A DNA stretch of 63,428 bases, filler included, from Jimgerdemannia flammicorona (GCA_003990765.1; 3 parts of 3 records of this genome joined end to end with filler, not necessarily neighbours in it), one strand, 5' to 3'. Shown: positions 24,201 through 38,200, numbered from the whole stretch's first letter. A program made the numbers and translations. Notes: generated by a model from the letters alone, not told the origin.

Positions 24201-27071
24201 ACTCCTCCCAAACTGTCCCTATCCTAATAGTCTCCAGTGATCAGACCACAGGTACCACTCTACCTCCAAAGTCTTCCAAACATCAACACCCCAGCATTCA
24301 GCCATCATAATCCAGTCAATCCTCATACCTAAGCTATTCACTCAATGTGTGTAGACCCTCTTGTTGCCCCAGCATGTTTGGCCCATATCCCCTAAGGAGC
24401 TAAGATTCTCCACCTCCTCCCATACATTCAGACCACCACTCCTCCCACCTGTATTACTTCCTCCATCAGTTCTATCCAATTGTAAATCCCAAACCATATT
24501 AAAATCACCACTCAGAACATCTACTCCTTCTTCTAAGAGAATACCCTCCTCCAGCAGATCTCTAATCCATGCAATCCTCTCACCCCTAACCACAGGGCAG
24601 TAATAGGAGCCAACTCTCACCAGCTCCCACCCTGGCCAATGCCAATCTCCTCAGACCAAACAGTCACCCCAGCTCTTGACTCTACCCAAGTCTCCTCTAC
24701 CCTTCTTCACCAGAATTACCACTTTACCAAATCAAGCAGTATCTCCTCTCCATTCTCTAGTCCACTCTACTCAATCATTCTCATCCTCACACCATACATC
24801 CTGCAGTAAAAAGAGATCAGCCTCCAATCCTTTAAGCTAAGTAAAAATGTTCCTATGTCACCCAGATCCACTTAACCCATTTACATTCAGAGAGAAAATA
24901 TTAGTTGTACTGTTCATAAGGAATAATATTGTTGATCAATCATATCCTCTACAAATCTGTATACAACTCCTCCTGTGCTAAGTCCAAATCATGTTCTGCA
25001 GCCAGCACTTTCTCTTCAGTTGCCTGGACCTCTAATCCTACCAGAAGTTCAGCCAAAGCCCCATCCTCTTTTTCCTCAAAGTCCTTATGATACTCCAGAC
25101 AAGCCTCCTGCCAGAGTTGCAATCCATTCTGCTCAGTCCAACAGTAGGCAGCTTGCTCACTAGCAACAACTGTTAGCTCTGCCTCCCTTGCCTTATCTAC
25201 CTCATATCCCTCCTCTTTCAGGAAAATTGTAAGAATCTCTGCTTTCAATACCTCCACTACTCTATCTCTATATAGAATCTATGTTCAATACTCCTCTGAT
25301 ATCACATACAGGTCTACTTCCCCCAACTCCTCAGCTGCTAAGTTATTCATCATCTTGCTCATCCACAGTAGATTCCCCACCTCCTTCCCTCCTGACATCC
25401 CCAGCCTCTCTGCATTGAGCATCATGGTGTCTGTCTCTACACTGGTAGTCTTATCCCACCCCTCCTCCAGGATATCCATCAACTCATCCTTGCCAGCAAC
25501 CTTGCCAACTGCTACCACTCAACCACCTTTTGCTACATCAGGAACTCCAAAGTAAACCCTCTGAGCACTCTTCATCAATACATCCTCTATGACCTAACCC
25601 CTTGCAGCCAGACCCTACCTGATCAGAGAGAGAGTGTCCTCCATAACTAGGTCCCATACTTCAAATATGCCATCAGTGAATAGGTCCTTGTACAGCACCT
25701 TCTCAGCCCCTCCCAGGCTCTCCTTCCCAATGCTTCTGCTCTTACCAGTCCAAACACTCACCTCCATGCCCTCAGGCTTCTCAGTACCCCCAGCCTCTAT
25801 CTTTGCCCTTCCTTTCATGCTTGCCAGTAGCTCCCACTGCCTCTTGTACCCTTGAACCCTCTCCCACTACCTCTTGTCAGTGCAAATATACTTTCCATCA
25901 ATAATCTCCAGGTGCATCAACTCCACATAGAGCTTCCAGGCCTTTGCCCACCATTCAACTACACCACTCAACTCCTTCAGCACTTCCAACAAGTCCTCCT
26001 CCTCCTCTTCACTCCTCTTTACTCTTGATATCTTACAGATAAATGCCCCCCACATCAATACTAAGGGCCAGTTACTCACCTTTCCTGTAGCCTCCCTCTC
26101 TGCTAGTTGAATTCTAATATCAACATTACCTATCCTAATTGTAGTTTCCTCTCACACCTAGAAGCCAATATCCACTACATCACTATACTCCACTATCACC
26201 TCCTCTACTCTTCTCCTAGTCTCAACCTTTGTCACTGTAGGTACCCCTTTTACTAGCAACTGCACCACCCTGGGATCCCACCTAAGACAATACACCATAG
26301 GGACCACCACTTCCCTGACTACTACTCTAGTCTTCAGCACCTCATCTAGTGGGCCTGCCTCCTCAAAGCCCACCTCAACCCCCTCCAGCCCCTTCAGAAA
26401 CTTTACTGAGACTGCCCCAGTCACCTGCTATGAGACAAGCCCTAGGACCATCCTTGCAGTCACTACTAAGCCCTAGAAACACAAGATAGCTGCAAACTTC
26501 AAAATTGACTTCTTGAGTAATAGTGCCACTGCTAGCCCCATTACACCATCAGCCAGATCCCCCTTCTGCTTTGGGCCCATCTGTCCAGCCCCACTATCAG
26601 CAGTCACATCTGGATTTTTTTCCTATACTACCATCAGCAGTCCCACCACTACTCCCAGCAGCCACCCCACCAGCCCTATTATCCACCAGCTGAGGTCCAG
26701 CACCTCTAGCTCCTCCAGCTTCTCCAACCTTCTGCTTCTCCTTCCCTCCTGCCTGCCCACCCCAAGTCCCCACCAGCCAATCACTATCCCTCAGCATATC
26801 TGCAAAGCTCCTCTCTGCTCACCCTCCAGCCTTATCACCAGTGCTACTTCCACTGCCCAAGCTATCCTGCCCACTTGGACCACTGAAAGACCCCATCCCA
26901 AGCCCATCCCTTTGTCTAACATATTGCCAGTTGAAGGCCCCAGGTCCACCTGACCTAGTACTTACATCTGCTTATTTGCTGATTGACATTGCCTTAAAAT
27001 CTTTCTCTAATAAATAACTTGAAAGTGTGTTGTAAAAGTGTGTATAATGTGAATTGTAGTAGAGAAAGGTA
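21184..27071 (-). mobile_element. L1/Tx1-like LINE copy 2, full length (~5.9 kb), inserted in the RT gene of Gypsy C
   Basis: Poly-A tail at 21184. ORF2 from 24917 (APE GDFN; RT GVPQGD and AFIDD); ORF1 ~26989-24949; 5'UTR homologous to 6400 and 30140. Confidence 0.93.
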
Positions 27072-28144
27072 TAGTGGGTAATAGTTCTTAATAGTCTATT
27101 TATTGAGGTCTTGGTAACTAATATATATTTATAGGTCTTCTTCTTTCTTGACAACAAAGAAGATTGGTACACCATATGGTAATATACTAGATCTAATGAA
27201 TCCTTACTTTAGGAGTTTATCAATTTCTTTCTTAAGTGTATCAATTTCCCTAGAGGACATATAGTATATTGACTTAAAGACTGATTTGGTATCTGAAATA
27301 GTCTTGATGACATGATCAACTGCTTATTTAGATAGTAAACCTTTTGAAAGTTTCTTTAGGAATATATTTCAAAATTTCTAGAGTAAGGGTTTAATATGGC
27401 GATCAACTTTTAAAAAGTCTTCTTTGAGGTTCTTGGATTCTCCTTTAGATAGTCATATAGAGATAGCAAAGAAAGGACATTTCTTAGTTAGTTTTTTGAG
27501 TTATAGTTTATTGATATAGGTGATCTTTGGGCCTGGATTACTAGAACTGAGTGGGTCTCTTTTACCTTATAGTTTAAAATTGTAACATTCTTTCTTAATA
27601 GTCAGAGAATGATTTATCCAATTGATCATAGGGTTCTCTTATTTTAACCATAGAGTTCTGAGGATAATCTCAATATCAAGAAGTGGTATAATTTGGAGTA
27701 TAACATATACTTAGTAGTAACTAATTCTGAGGGTAGGTTGCAGACTTTCTTACTAATGACATGTGAGATTCTATCAGCTATAGAAACTGCTTGAGTTTAT
27801 TATACCAGAGAGGTCAGAATCTTGAGTCTATTGGCTATTTCTTTATTGATAAAATTGCCTGAAGCACCACTATCTATTAAGATCTTGACAGATACTTAAT
27901 TAATAAAAGCTTGGAGGATAAGTAGTTTGTCTGATCTAATGGTGGTAATTTTGGTTATAAGAGATTTCCTTCTGTTGGTTCTTCTTTGGGTCAGTTCATT
28001 GATACAAGAGAAGCAATTATTGATTATTCAGAAAGAGTATATTCCAATAAAAGGTATTGGCTACTTGATATAAATCTATCTTTAATTTTCTTATAGAATT
28101 GTTCTTCCTTATTTGTAGTAGGTTGTGCTGAGGCTTTGTTTAAT

Positions 28145-28540
28145 GAGCCAAATCCTTTGGATTCTTAAATAGTAGACAGTAGTTCAGAGACTTTCTTAAC
28201 TATCAGAGTTGACTCAATTTTTTTAAATAGGATCTGAGCAATGTAAAAATCAATAGAGATCTTAAATAGTATCTAACTATGGTTTTGGATAAGGACAATA
28301 ATTTCACCTATATAATCTTCATTAATGATTTCTCCTTCTACTGAGAGTTTTTTTAATATTAGGCTGCTGTGACAGTATATTCTTCTAATATATTCTCTAG
28401 GAATTTGAATACAGATCTCTGTATAGACTTATTTGACTTCTCAGTTAAAAACTATAGCTTCTTCTGCTGTATATAGATTATAACCAACTACTTTTGACTT
28501 CTTTTGGTTGGGGCTGTAGTAGTTGGCCTTAACTTGACAA
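28145..28540 (-). pseudogene. dUTPase domain of Gypsy C, between nucleocapsid and protease
   Basis: Manual translation gives VEGEIINEDYIGEIIVLIQN, YIAQILF and T.*ESKGFGS. Confidence 0.85.
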
Positions 28541-30222
28541 AGTCTAGTATTTTGGTTATTAGGTTATTGAGGTAATATAGAGTAGTAACAGTTGCTCATA
28601 TTACTGTTCAGAGATTTTGGTTAGAGTAGATACTGGCTATGTATCCTGTCTTTCAGTAATAGAAGTATGCTCTACTTCTTCAGAGTTCATTTCTTTCTTC
28701 TTTAGTAAGTTTCTTAAAGGTACTTGTTCAGAATTTTGAAGCATCTAAGAGATAGATATAAAGGGAGCTCAGGATGCTTCATATTTAAGTTCTTTTTTCT
28801 TAGTTTAAGTTTTTTCCTTATTATTGAATTATCTTCAAGGCATAATTGGTCCAGTTATTAGGATTCACTTGATTATAGTCTTAATTCTTACTAGGTACTA
28901 TTGTTGGTAATTGCAACCAACTAGGTATCTTTATTCTTGAATCTTTCTTGTGAGCCAGTCTGGTAGTATATCAAATGAATGATCTGCTCTTATACTATTT
29001 CATACTTCATTATTGGTAATATATCTTAGGCCAATAGTATTTATGAGTAACTTGAGCTTTGTATAGAAGATTTTAAATTTCACCTTATTATATATATCAA
29101 ATTTGAGATTGCAGAGTTCAACTTGGGATTTAGCAATCAGAGTTTTGTTATGATATTGAGCAATTATGAGTTGTTTGAGCTCAGGGACTATAGGGTGATC
29201 TCTATATTAGGGGCATTATTTTTTATATTTTGAGTAATATATAACTATAGATCAGATGTCCTATGTGAGGGGTTTTTCAGAAAGGGTTCACCACCATTCT
29301 TCAGCAAGTTCTTGAAAGAATATAACAACTCAACAGATATAAGCTATGGTAGTAGCAAAGAGTTGTTTGATAGTATGGTCTTGGTTATTTATCAAAAGAC
29401 AGTCAGCAACTCACTCATTGGTCCATTGGTTGGCTTTGAAATTGGTATCAACTATACTAATGAAGCTTTAGACTTTTTGAATAGTATTATCAAAGATAAG
29501 TAGGCTCAGACTTTTTGTTTGTCAGATCTGTTTAGCTAAAGTAATAATGGTTACTACTATTATAGCTATCTGGGCTGTAAGTTCTAGAATCTGTTAGTTT
29601 GCTATATTATTTACTAGAGGCAGTTAGATTACTAGTAGTAAAGTTATTAATATGACTTGAAGTACTAGTACAGAGTATAATGGTGTTCTTTGAGTCTGTG
29701 TAAGTTGCTTGAGTAACTATTATTGGTCTGATATAAGGGCTTGATAGATAACTATCTGTTGTGCTATAGGTGTGTTTTATCCTAAGAGAGGTATATTATC
29801 TTTGGTAATATATCTGAGATTGAATTCAGTGAGATACTCCTCCTTCTCTTTGCTTTAGTCTCTATATAGTTGGGTTTTTTCAGCATTAAAGTAGATAGTA
29901 TCAGTTGTATATTAGATTTCAGACAAGCTTAATTCAAAAGCTGGTTTAGGTTCAGTATTGGCTTTAGTTTCAGATAGAGTTATAGCTAAGCCTACTTCCA
30001 GCTCAGAGTTTAATTATTGATGAAGGGTTCCTCTGGCTTTTTTTTTTAAGAATATGATGGATCTTGCAATTCTGGAAATGATAGTATAAAGTGGTCTTGG
30101 TCCTAGTATAGTGATAGTCAATAGTTGAGCCACAAGAAGCCATCTTTCTCCAGTACCATTCAGGTTACACAACCTTTGGAAGGTACTCATGACATCGTTT
30201 TTAGAGCAAAGAGACTAACAAC

Positions 30223-32247
30223 ATGACAACCAATAGGCAAGCTGAGGTGCATACTGGGCAGGGTGGCCCAAGCACTTTTGAATGACAGCAAGTTGGGAGG
30301 GACCCAGGCCTGGGGGGGAGTATGAGGGGGCTGCTGGCAGATGGATGAGGAAGGGGTGGAGGTACTAGTAGAGGACAGGGGTCTGGGAGGGCGAGCTTTG
30401 TGGAGATGGTGAAGGAGAAGCAGCAGGTGTCAGGGCTGGAGGGCTGGCTGAGGAGGGGCAAGGAGAATGAGAAGGCAGTGGTGCGGAGGGGAGTAGCCCT
30501 TGGAAGGGGGAGCAGTGAAGCTGGGGGAGTAGCAGCTGGGGGGAGTGTGACTACTGATGGTGACAGAACTACTAATCTGGAAAAAAATCCAGATGTGATG
30601 ACTGTTGGTGAGGCTGAGCAGCTGGGGCTTAGAAGACAAGGAGATTTGGCAGATGGCATGATGGGCCTGGTGGTGGCCCCATTACTCAAGAAATCAATCT
30701 TGGCATTCACAGTTACACTGTACTTCCAGGGCTTAGCAGTGATGGCGAAAATGGTGCTGGGGCTTATTGCTAAGCAGATAGCAGGAGCTGCTTTAGTGAA
30801 GTTTCTGAAGGGACTGGAGGGTGTGGAGGTGAGTTTTGAGGAGACTGAATCACTAGAGGAGGCACTGAAGATTGGGTTGGTGGTTGGGAAGATGTGTGTT
30901 CTGATGGTGAGGTGTTTGAAATGGGATCCAAGGGTGGTCCAGCTGTTGGTGAAAGGAGTGCCCATGGTGATGGCAATGGAGATGAGAAAGAGAGTGGAGG
31001 ATGTCATGGTGGAGTATGGAGAGGTAGTGGATATCAGATTCAGGGTCTGGGAAGGGACCACGCTCAGGACTGGAGACATGGATGTGAGGATTCAGCTGGC
31101 TGAGAAAGAGGCTACTGGGAAGGTGAGAGACTGGCCTTTGGTAATGGTTTGGGGAGTGATCTTGTGCAAGGTGACGAGGGTAAAAGGAAGTGAAGAAGAG
31201 GAAGAAGATCTGTTGAAAGCACTGGAAGAACTGGATGGGGCTGTGGAGTGGTGAGCAAAGGCCTGGAAGACTTTCAAGGAGTTGACACACCTGGAGGTGG
31301 TGGATGGAAAGAGGATTCAAGTGGACAAGGTGTAGTGGGAAAGGGCTCAGGGGCAGAAGAGACAGAAGGATCGGCTGGCTAAACTGGGGGGCAGACCACA
31401 GAAGGATGCAAGTAAGAAGACAAGTGCGGAAGAGGCCAAAGTGAGTGTCTGGGCTGGCGAGAGGAGTAGGAGTGATGGGGTGGAGACAGGGAAGGCAAAA
31501 GAGGTGAAGATTAGCAATCCATATGCTGATGGTACCTTGGAGGTTTGGGATGAGGTCTGGGAGAACTCCCCCACTCCTTCTCCTCTTATCAGATATGGCC
31601 TGGCTTCCAGAAACAAGACTGGGGAGGATGTGACAATGCTGGGGACCCAGCAGGTGAAATTCAGCATTCCGGAGGTAATGAATGGGGATCAAGTAGTGGT
31701 GGCCAGGGAGGAGGAACTGGTGGATGTCCCAGAGGTGTGGGATGAGGATACGAGTGCTGAAGCTGACACCATGATACTGGATGGAGGGAGGCTGGCGACC
31801 CCTGGTGGGAAGGAGGTGGGGAACCTACTTTGGATGTGCTGAATGATGAATAACCTGGCAGCAGAAGAGTTGGGGGAGGTGGACTTATATATAATGGGTG
31901 ATGAGCACTGGGCGAGAATTTTGCAGGGGGAAGGAGTGGTGATGGCACTGAAGGTGGAAATTCTCGCAGTGTATCTGAAGGAGGAAGGGTATGAGGTGGA
32001 CAAGGAGCGGGAGGCAGAGATGGCAGTTATCGCTAGAGAGAGGGCTGAGTACTGTTGGAACAAGTGTCATGGGTTGCAGCTTTGGCAGGAGGCTTGCATC
32101 GAGTACAGAGAGGAGTTTGAGGAGAAGGCCGATGAGGAGATGAATGAGCTGTTGGCTGGATTGGAGGCTCAGAGGGATGAAGAGGAGGAGGTGATGGCAG
32201 AACATAATCTGGACATGGCACAGGAGGAGATGAGCATGGAGCAGTAG
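30223..32247 (+). pseudogene. LINE ORF1 (~675 codons, in-frame stops)
   Basis: ORF-track pieces 30400, 31441 and 31843 share the frame of ATG 30223; homologous translations occur in LINE copies 1 and 2. Confidence 0.85.
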
Positions 32248-32277
32248 AGATCGACTGAGAACAAACCATATTTTATT

Positions 32278-35200
32278 ATGAACAGTACAACTAACATTTT
32301 TTCTTTGAACATAAATGGGCTAAGGGGCGCAGTTAGACATAGGAACATTTTTATTTGGCTGAAGGAATTGGAGGTCGATCTCTTTCTCTTGCAGGATGTC
32401 AGGTGTGAGGATGATTCTGATAGGATGGAATAGACAAAGGAATGGGGTGGTATGGCAATTTGGAACAGCAAGGTCAGGATTCTGGTTCAGAAAGGCAGAG
32501 GGGAGATAAGAGATGTGAGGAGCTGGGGGGAGAGACTGGTCTGGGGTGAGTGGATCCATGCAGGCTGAGAGCCAGTCACAGTTGGCTCCTGATACTGCCC
32601 TACCATGCAGGGGAAGCATGTGGATTGGGTGAAAGGGCTCCAGGAGAGTGGGATTCTTGCTGAGGCTGGGGTGGATATGCTTAGAGGAGATTTCAATATG
32701 GTTTGGGATATACAGTTGGATAGAACTGATGGAGGATGGGGTGCTGAGAGCAGAAGTGGGGGGCTGGTAATGTGGAAGGAAGTTGAAAGGCTAGGAGTGC
32801 TGGTTGATGCTGGTAGGGAGTACTGGGGGGAGAGGAGAGTATATACACATTGGGCTGGAGGCCTGGGGACAAGGATTGACTGGATTCTGATGGCCAACTG
32901 TTGGGGCCATAATGTTTGAAAGGTGCTAGAGATGGAATGGTGTCTGTGGTCAGATTACTGGAGCCTTTTGGAACAGGGGTATTTTGGGAGAAGTGGTGAT
33001 GGGCCTGGACATTGGCACCTAAATTCCTCCTTGTTGGATGATGAGTCTCGGTGGGAGGAGTGGGCAAAAGATATTCAGCTGAAGGTGGAGAACTGGTGGC
33101 AGGAAGGGGCCTCAATTGGAGTTTGGTGGGTGAGGATGAAAGAGATGGCCAGGATGTACTGGAGCAAGGCTAGCAGGGAGGCTGGGAAGCAGTGAAGGTG
33201 GAGAGTACATTGGGCTTCTACTAGATTGGCTAGGCTCCTGGAGGAGTGGGCGAGACTGGCAATAGTGGAAGGTGAAGAGGATTGGAGAATAATGAGGGTA
33301 AAGATGGAGGTTGGAGAACTACAACAGGTGCTGTGAGAAGAGGAAGAGTCAAGGATGCAAGGCCTGGCAGCACAGCTTCATTGGCAGGGGCTGGAGGAAG
33401 GAGAGAGACCTTCCAAGTTTCTCATTAGGATACATCGAGCGAAAAGGGTACAGCAGTGGTGGGAAGGGGTACTTAACTTGGATGGTGTACTAGTGCATGG
33501 TGTACAGGATATCCTTGGAATGCTGAAGGAGTGATGGAGTGGATTGTGGAGTGAGGAGGAGGGTAGGGCAGATGCTACAGCCATTGACCAAATATTAGAG
33601 GATTGGCACCCACTACAAGCTGAGGGACTAGGTGACCTGGTGATGTCTGTAAAGGAGGATGAGATCTGCCAGGTTTTTGCTGTGACAGTCTTGGGTATGG
33701 TACCTGGGGAGGATGGCCTACCCTGGGACTTCTGGAAGTGAATGGTTGGAGTCCTGGGCATGTTGGGGGAGTTGACAGTACTGTGTGACTTTATATTGCA
33801 GTCAGGGAGATGGGTGGGGGAGCAGGATCTTGGGCTGGTGATGCTGCTTTATAAGAACAAAGAAAGGTGAGAGGATTGGAAGAACTGGCAGCTGATAATG
33901 TTGCTAGATATGGACAGAAAGTTGGTGACTAAGGTAGTGGTCACAAGGCTACAGAAGGTAGCCCAGCAAATTGTGGGTGTTGAGCAGAGGGGCTTCATAT
34001 GTAGGGGGTCGGCTTATTAGAGATGGCACAGCCTGGGTACATAGAGTTATTGAAGGTGCTAGGGCCTGTGGACTGGATGGGTGTCTTGTCTTCTTGGACC
34101 AGGAGAAGGTTTATGACTGGGTGTGGCAAGTCTGGCTAGCAAAAGTATTAGATAGAATTGGAGTTCCAGTCCCATTTCAGTCAGCGATGATCAGCCTACT
34201 GGAAGGGAGTAGGGCTGTGCTTATGTGTAATAGGCATAGAGGGGTAGCATTCCCTCTGGGTAGGGGGGTGCCCCAGGGGGACCCACTGTCCCCCATTTTG
34301 TATGCTCTTTCCTTGGAACCTCTAATGGACAGAATTCAGCAGAGAATAGTGGGGCTCTCTATCTATGGAGTTGGCTGGAAAGTTGGGGCCTTTGCAGATG
34401 ACATGGTGGTTGGTTTGGGAGTGATTGCTGATGTTGAGGAGCTCAAGAAGACAGTGGAGTGGTATGAGGAGAACTCTGGGGTGAAGCTGAATTGGCATAA
34501 GTGTGAAACAATGGTGCTGGGCAATGGCCTGGTGGGAGGAGAGGTTATTGGAACAATTGTTCCCACTGGGGAGGCAGTGCAGTACTTGGACATCTATTTG
34601 TCAGTCTATGGGTCTGTTCTGTCCAGGCTGTGGTGGGAGCAGAGAGTTGGAATTTGAGAGGAGGACCTGTGGGGTTGGGGGGGAAGACACTTCTCTCTGG
34701 CAGAAAGGATCTCGATTTTGAATGTATACTGGCTGCTGAAGCTATAGTATTTGGCTTATCATCTGGACTTCCTAGCCTGGGTGGTGAAGAGATTGGTGAA
34801 GATGGCCAAGGGATGGATTTGGGCTGGCAGACAGAGTCAGATTGGTTGGGAGACCTTGTCCCTACCAGTGGCAAGAGGTGGTCTTAGGCTAGTGGACTTC
34901 CCCAAATGACTATACTGCTTGAGGGCATGGTGGCTTAAGAGGGTGGCAGAGTTGCATGGAGGGGGTTGGGTTCTCCTGCTGCAGAAGGTCTGGGAGAGGT
35001 GGTTATCACCAAGAGGCTCGACTGGTGATCTTCTCTTATTAGTTGGGCTTCAGAACACTGCATAATTGCGATATAAAGGCTTCTAGTAGGGGATAGCAGA
35101 GGGGGCAAACTACATTGGTATTCGCTGGCAAGGGAATGAGGGGGAGAGGACTTGGGACCTGACAATGTGGTGATGGGATGGCATTCTACTGGGCAGCATA

Positions 35201-35938
35201 TCTTTACCTGAGTTAGACATTGGTGATAGAGTAGAATGCCAAAGGGGACTGGGCCAGGATCTGTGGCCTAGTGGTTGGTAAGGAGTTGGAATTGGAGAGG
35301 AGTGGGACTGGCATGGGGTTTGGACCTAGAGTGCTGCAGTGAAAAAATGGATGCCACTGAAGTACTGGGTGGTCTAGTGGCATGTGCTGAGGAGGAATGT
35401 GATGCTTAACTTCTGCTCAGGACACCTTGTCATAGGGGGCTGCTTTGACTGTGAGGAGTGCCATAATGTAGGGCAGGAAGAGAGATTTGTACAGATGCCA
35501 GAACATTGGCTAGGAGAGTGTGAGGTGTTGGGAGACTTTTGGCAGGCCATTGGGGACCACTTGGGGGTGAGGCATAGGGGAGATGATGTATGAGGGAGGT
35601 GGGAGGACCTGAGGGATTAATTGGTAGGAGGGGTAGGGGTGGAGTAAATTACCTTAGGCTGGGCATTGGCTATTTGGGTTGGGCTGACCAGTCACTGGCT
35701 ATTTGTGTTTGAGGAGGAGAGGTGATAGAGCTTGGGGAGCCAGTTATCATAATGGCAGTGCCTTATGGAGGACACCTTGACAGGCTGGTGGCTTGGTTGG
35801 GGGCTGCAGGGGGATCAGAGGCACTGCTTGGTGGTGAAAATCTGTGGTCAGAGTGATGGGAGAGTTGGAGTCATTGGTGAGAGGGTGGTCTTTATATGTG
35901 AAGAGGTGGAGAGGGGCCCTCCTATGGGGATCGGATAG
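32278..35938 (+). pseudogene. LINE ORF2 (APE endonuclease, reverse transcriptase, C-terminal Cys/His region)
   Basis: MNSTTNIFSLNINGLR; GDFN; RIDW; SDYW; PGEDGLP; LDQEKVYD; GVPQGDPLSP; AFADD; C-terminal CEEC...H...C. Confidence 0.93.
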
Positions 35939-35997
35939 TGGGTGGTGATATTGTATACTTATTCATAGACTGGTAATAAAGATGGAGTCTAAGTGAC

Positions 35998-36040
<43 letters not shown>

Positions 36041-36888
36041 GAGTTGAGCCACTTAGCTATAGAGACTTGGGCTTTATGGAAGATTAAGACTAGAAAGATG
36101 GCTGCAGATTGTCTTAGGTTGCTCAGATTTGTAGAGCTGACAAAACTCTTATTGAGGAGAGTAAAGAAGACTTCTATAAGATCTTCTTCATTTTGACTTA
36201 TAGAGTATAGAGTAAGAAGTTTGATATATTAGATTTTACATATCTGCTGATTTAATTGGAGTACTTTTTTTTATAGATAAAGTCTGTCCCACTTGATGTA
36301 GATATGAAGATCAAATTGTTCTTATATATCAGGTTCAATTCTCTCCAGATTGTCAGATGGTTTAGAATGAATTCCAGTTCAGAGGTTGAGCCCTATACCA
36401 ACTTATAGAAATTTCTCATAGAGATTTATAGCAAAGTAAGGAAGCATCTTGAAGTAGAATTGGATTATAAACTGCTGCTACTAAGTTATAAGAGGATTAC
36501 TTTGTTAAAGTATCATTATATAGTTCTGGAAGGATTTTCTGGAAGTTCTGAATATTCTGAAAGACTGTTCAATATTATTATACATATATAGAGTATATCC
36601 TCTATACTTATTGATTTCAAGATTAGATTAATATCTCAACCAAAGTCCTTTTTTGGACTTGTTCTGGATATTCAGGATTTTTTATATTATAGAAAGTTCA
36701 AGAAACTAAAATCAGCTTAGTTGAATTAGTGTATTACTATAGACAATACCCAATTAGAAAATTTCAAAATTTAGTTAAGAGTGAGACCTAATGGGATGCA
36801 GACTACTTAAGAGTAATTTGTGGGTTATTAATAGGTTTATTTGCTATTTATAATATTATTATACTAGGAGTAGTGTATGGAGAAATAT

Positions 36889-38200
36889 TGTGAAAAAGTG
36901 TTCAGGAGTTCTGAGCTGTTCTTGTCTGTTCAAATTTGTTTAAGTCTGAGTTTCTGAGATCTGGAGGAGTGGGTATTTATACTAATAAGAGACTATCTAG
37001 ATATTCTTCAATGAGGTCACTATCAATAATATTATCTCTGATAAAGTAGTCATCTAGAAAGAGTAGTTCTTGGATAACATCTCTTTGTTTATTTATATAA
37101 TAGTAGATTGGAACCATGTCACTATCTCACAGGATGGCATCATCTATCTCATATGCTGGATAGAGTATTGGTGGATAGAGAAGGAGTGTATCATCTTTAC
37201 TTTTATCAGATTCACTATCAGTATAATTTTGGTAGGTTATGACACTATGGATTGCAGGGTTATAGTATACTAGCAGCTATAGTTCATTTCATTCATACTC
37301 AAGAGATGGAGTTGTCAGTTCAATTTCAAGGGTTGTCTAAAGATATAGATTGTATTCTCCAATCTCTTCATTGTAGTTAAAGTAATCAGATATAAATGCA
37401 GATGAATACTCATACCAGTGGTCATTATCCCAATAGGTCTCATAGGTGGTTATGAACTGTTGTAAGTTTATTAGCAAGGTTAGTGGAATAATCAGAGTTG
37501 GTAGAGATTCTTAGCTAGAGGTCATATCAGTATAAAAGAAATCATTGTCTTCTGTTTTATCATTATCAAACTAGATTATATTATAGATATCCTTCATAGT
37601 ATATCTAACTTGGGGTATTTGCAGAATGTGGTCATCAGGATATAGAAAAGGTCTATCTGTAGTTTGAACATATTTGATATAATTGTAGTTGAGTTTTTAT
37701 ACTATATCATCAATTTGACCATAGGATAGAGTAGCAATTATTTCAGTAGTAGTAACTTAGAGATAGGGAATAAAGATATTATACTTATAAAAGAGTTCTC
37801 AGAATTTGTAAGTAATGAGTTTCTGATATTGAGACATTTTAGTAATATCTGTATTATAGTAGTGGCTAACCATATCTTCTAGAAGGCAGCTGATCTGATA
37901 GTAGCTTGAGATTTGAGGCTTTGCTGAGTATGTTCAGGATATTCTATTGGGCTTCTATGAAATAGAGGGGTGCTAGGCTATGGATATTCATGAGAGGCAG
38001 GGGAGCTGTGGCTTAGTTGACAATGGCATTCTAAATATCAGTACAGATGTAGTTGTAGATTTCAGTAGTTATGTTTGTATATATATTTAAGAGTTGTAGT
38101 TATTTGTTTGATTTGTTATAGTTTTCTATTTTGATATATCTATATATTCAGTATCCCTTTGACTGTTTTGTACCTATATTTAGAGGTAAGATTTTAAAAG
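36889..38200 (-). mobile_element. Putative long (solo) LTR containing an ORF; right boundary approximate
   Basis: Ends ...TTCACA on the minus strand at 36889, flanked by ATAT. TATAAATA lies ~90 bp inside; the embedded ORF resembles the Gypsy accessory ORF. Confidence 0.45.
36977..38029 (-). pseudogene. Uncharacterised Gypsy accessory-type ORF (351 codons, in-frame stops)
   Basis: ATG 38029 and TAA 36977 are in the same frame. Contains SYYQISCLLE...SQYQKLITYKF*ELF...IPYL*VTT.EII..LS and an acidic C-terminus. Confidence 0.65.

Larger units (their letters stand above)
30134..36039 (+). mobile_element. L1/Tx1-like LINE copy 3, full length, least decayed copy
   Basis: TSD AGTTGAGCCAC (30123-30133 / 36042-36052), poly-A tail 36000-36038, two ORFs. 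Confidence 0.95.
27072..36888 (-). mobile_element. Ty3/Gypsy 'C', decayed 5' half (LTR-gag-dUTPase-PR-start of RT), interrupted by LINE copy 3
   Basis: Minus strand: decayed PBS CTT(A)GTAGCAG at ~36474-36485 next to a probable LTR edge at 36487; Zn knuckle ~28630-28670; dUTPase; LIDSGASGNF ~27850-27880; RT start GFIRSS..PYGVPIFFV..K...LNK.TIKN.YP 27075-27205. The outer LTR boundary is not resolved. Confidence 0.75.

Noticed and set aside
30201..33115. Long antisense Ser/Pro-rich ORFs (e.g. 30201-31079, 30853-31692)
   Set aside because: Shadow ORFs of the G-rich LINE strand; low complexity with no recognisable motifs.
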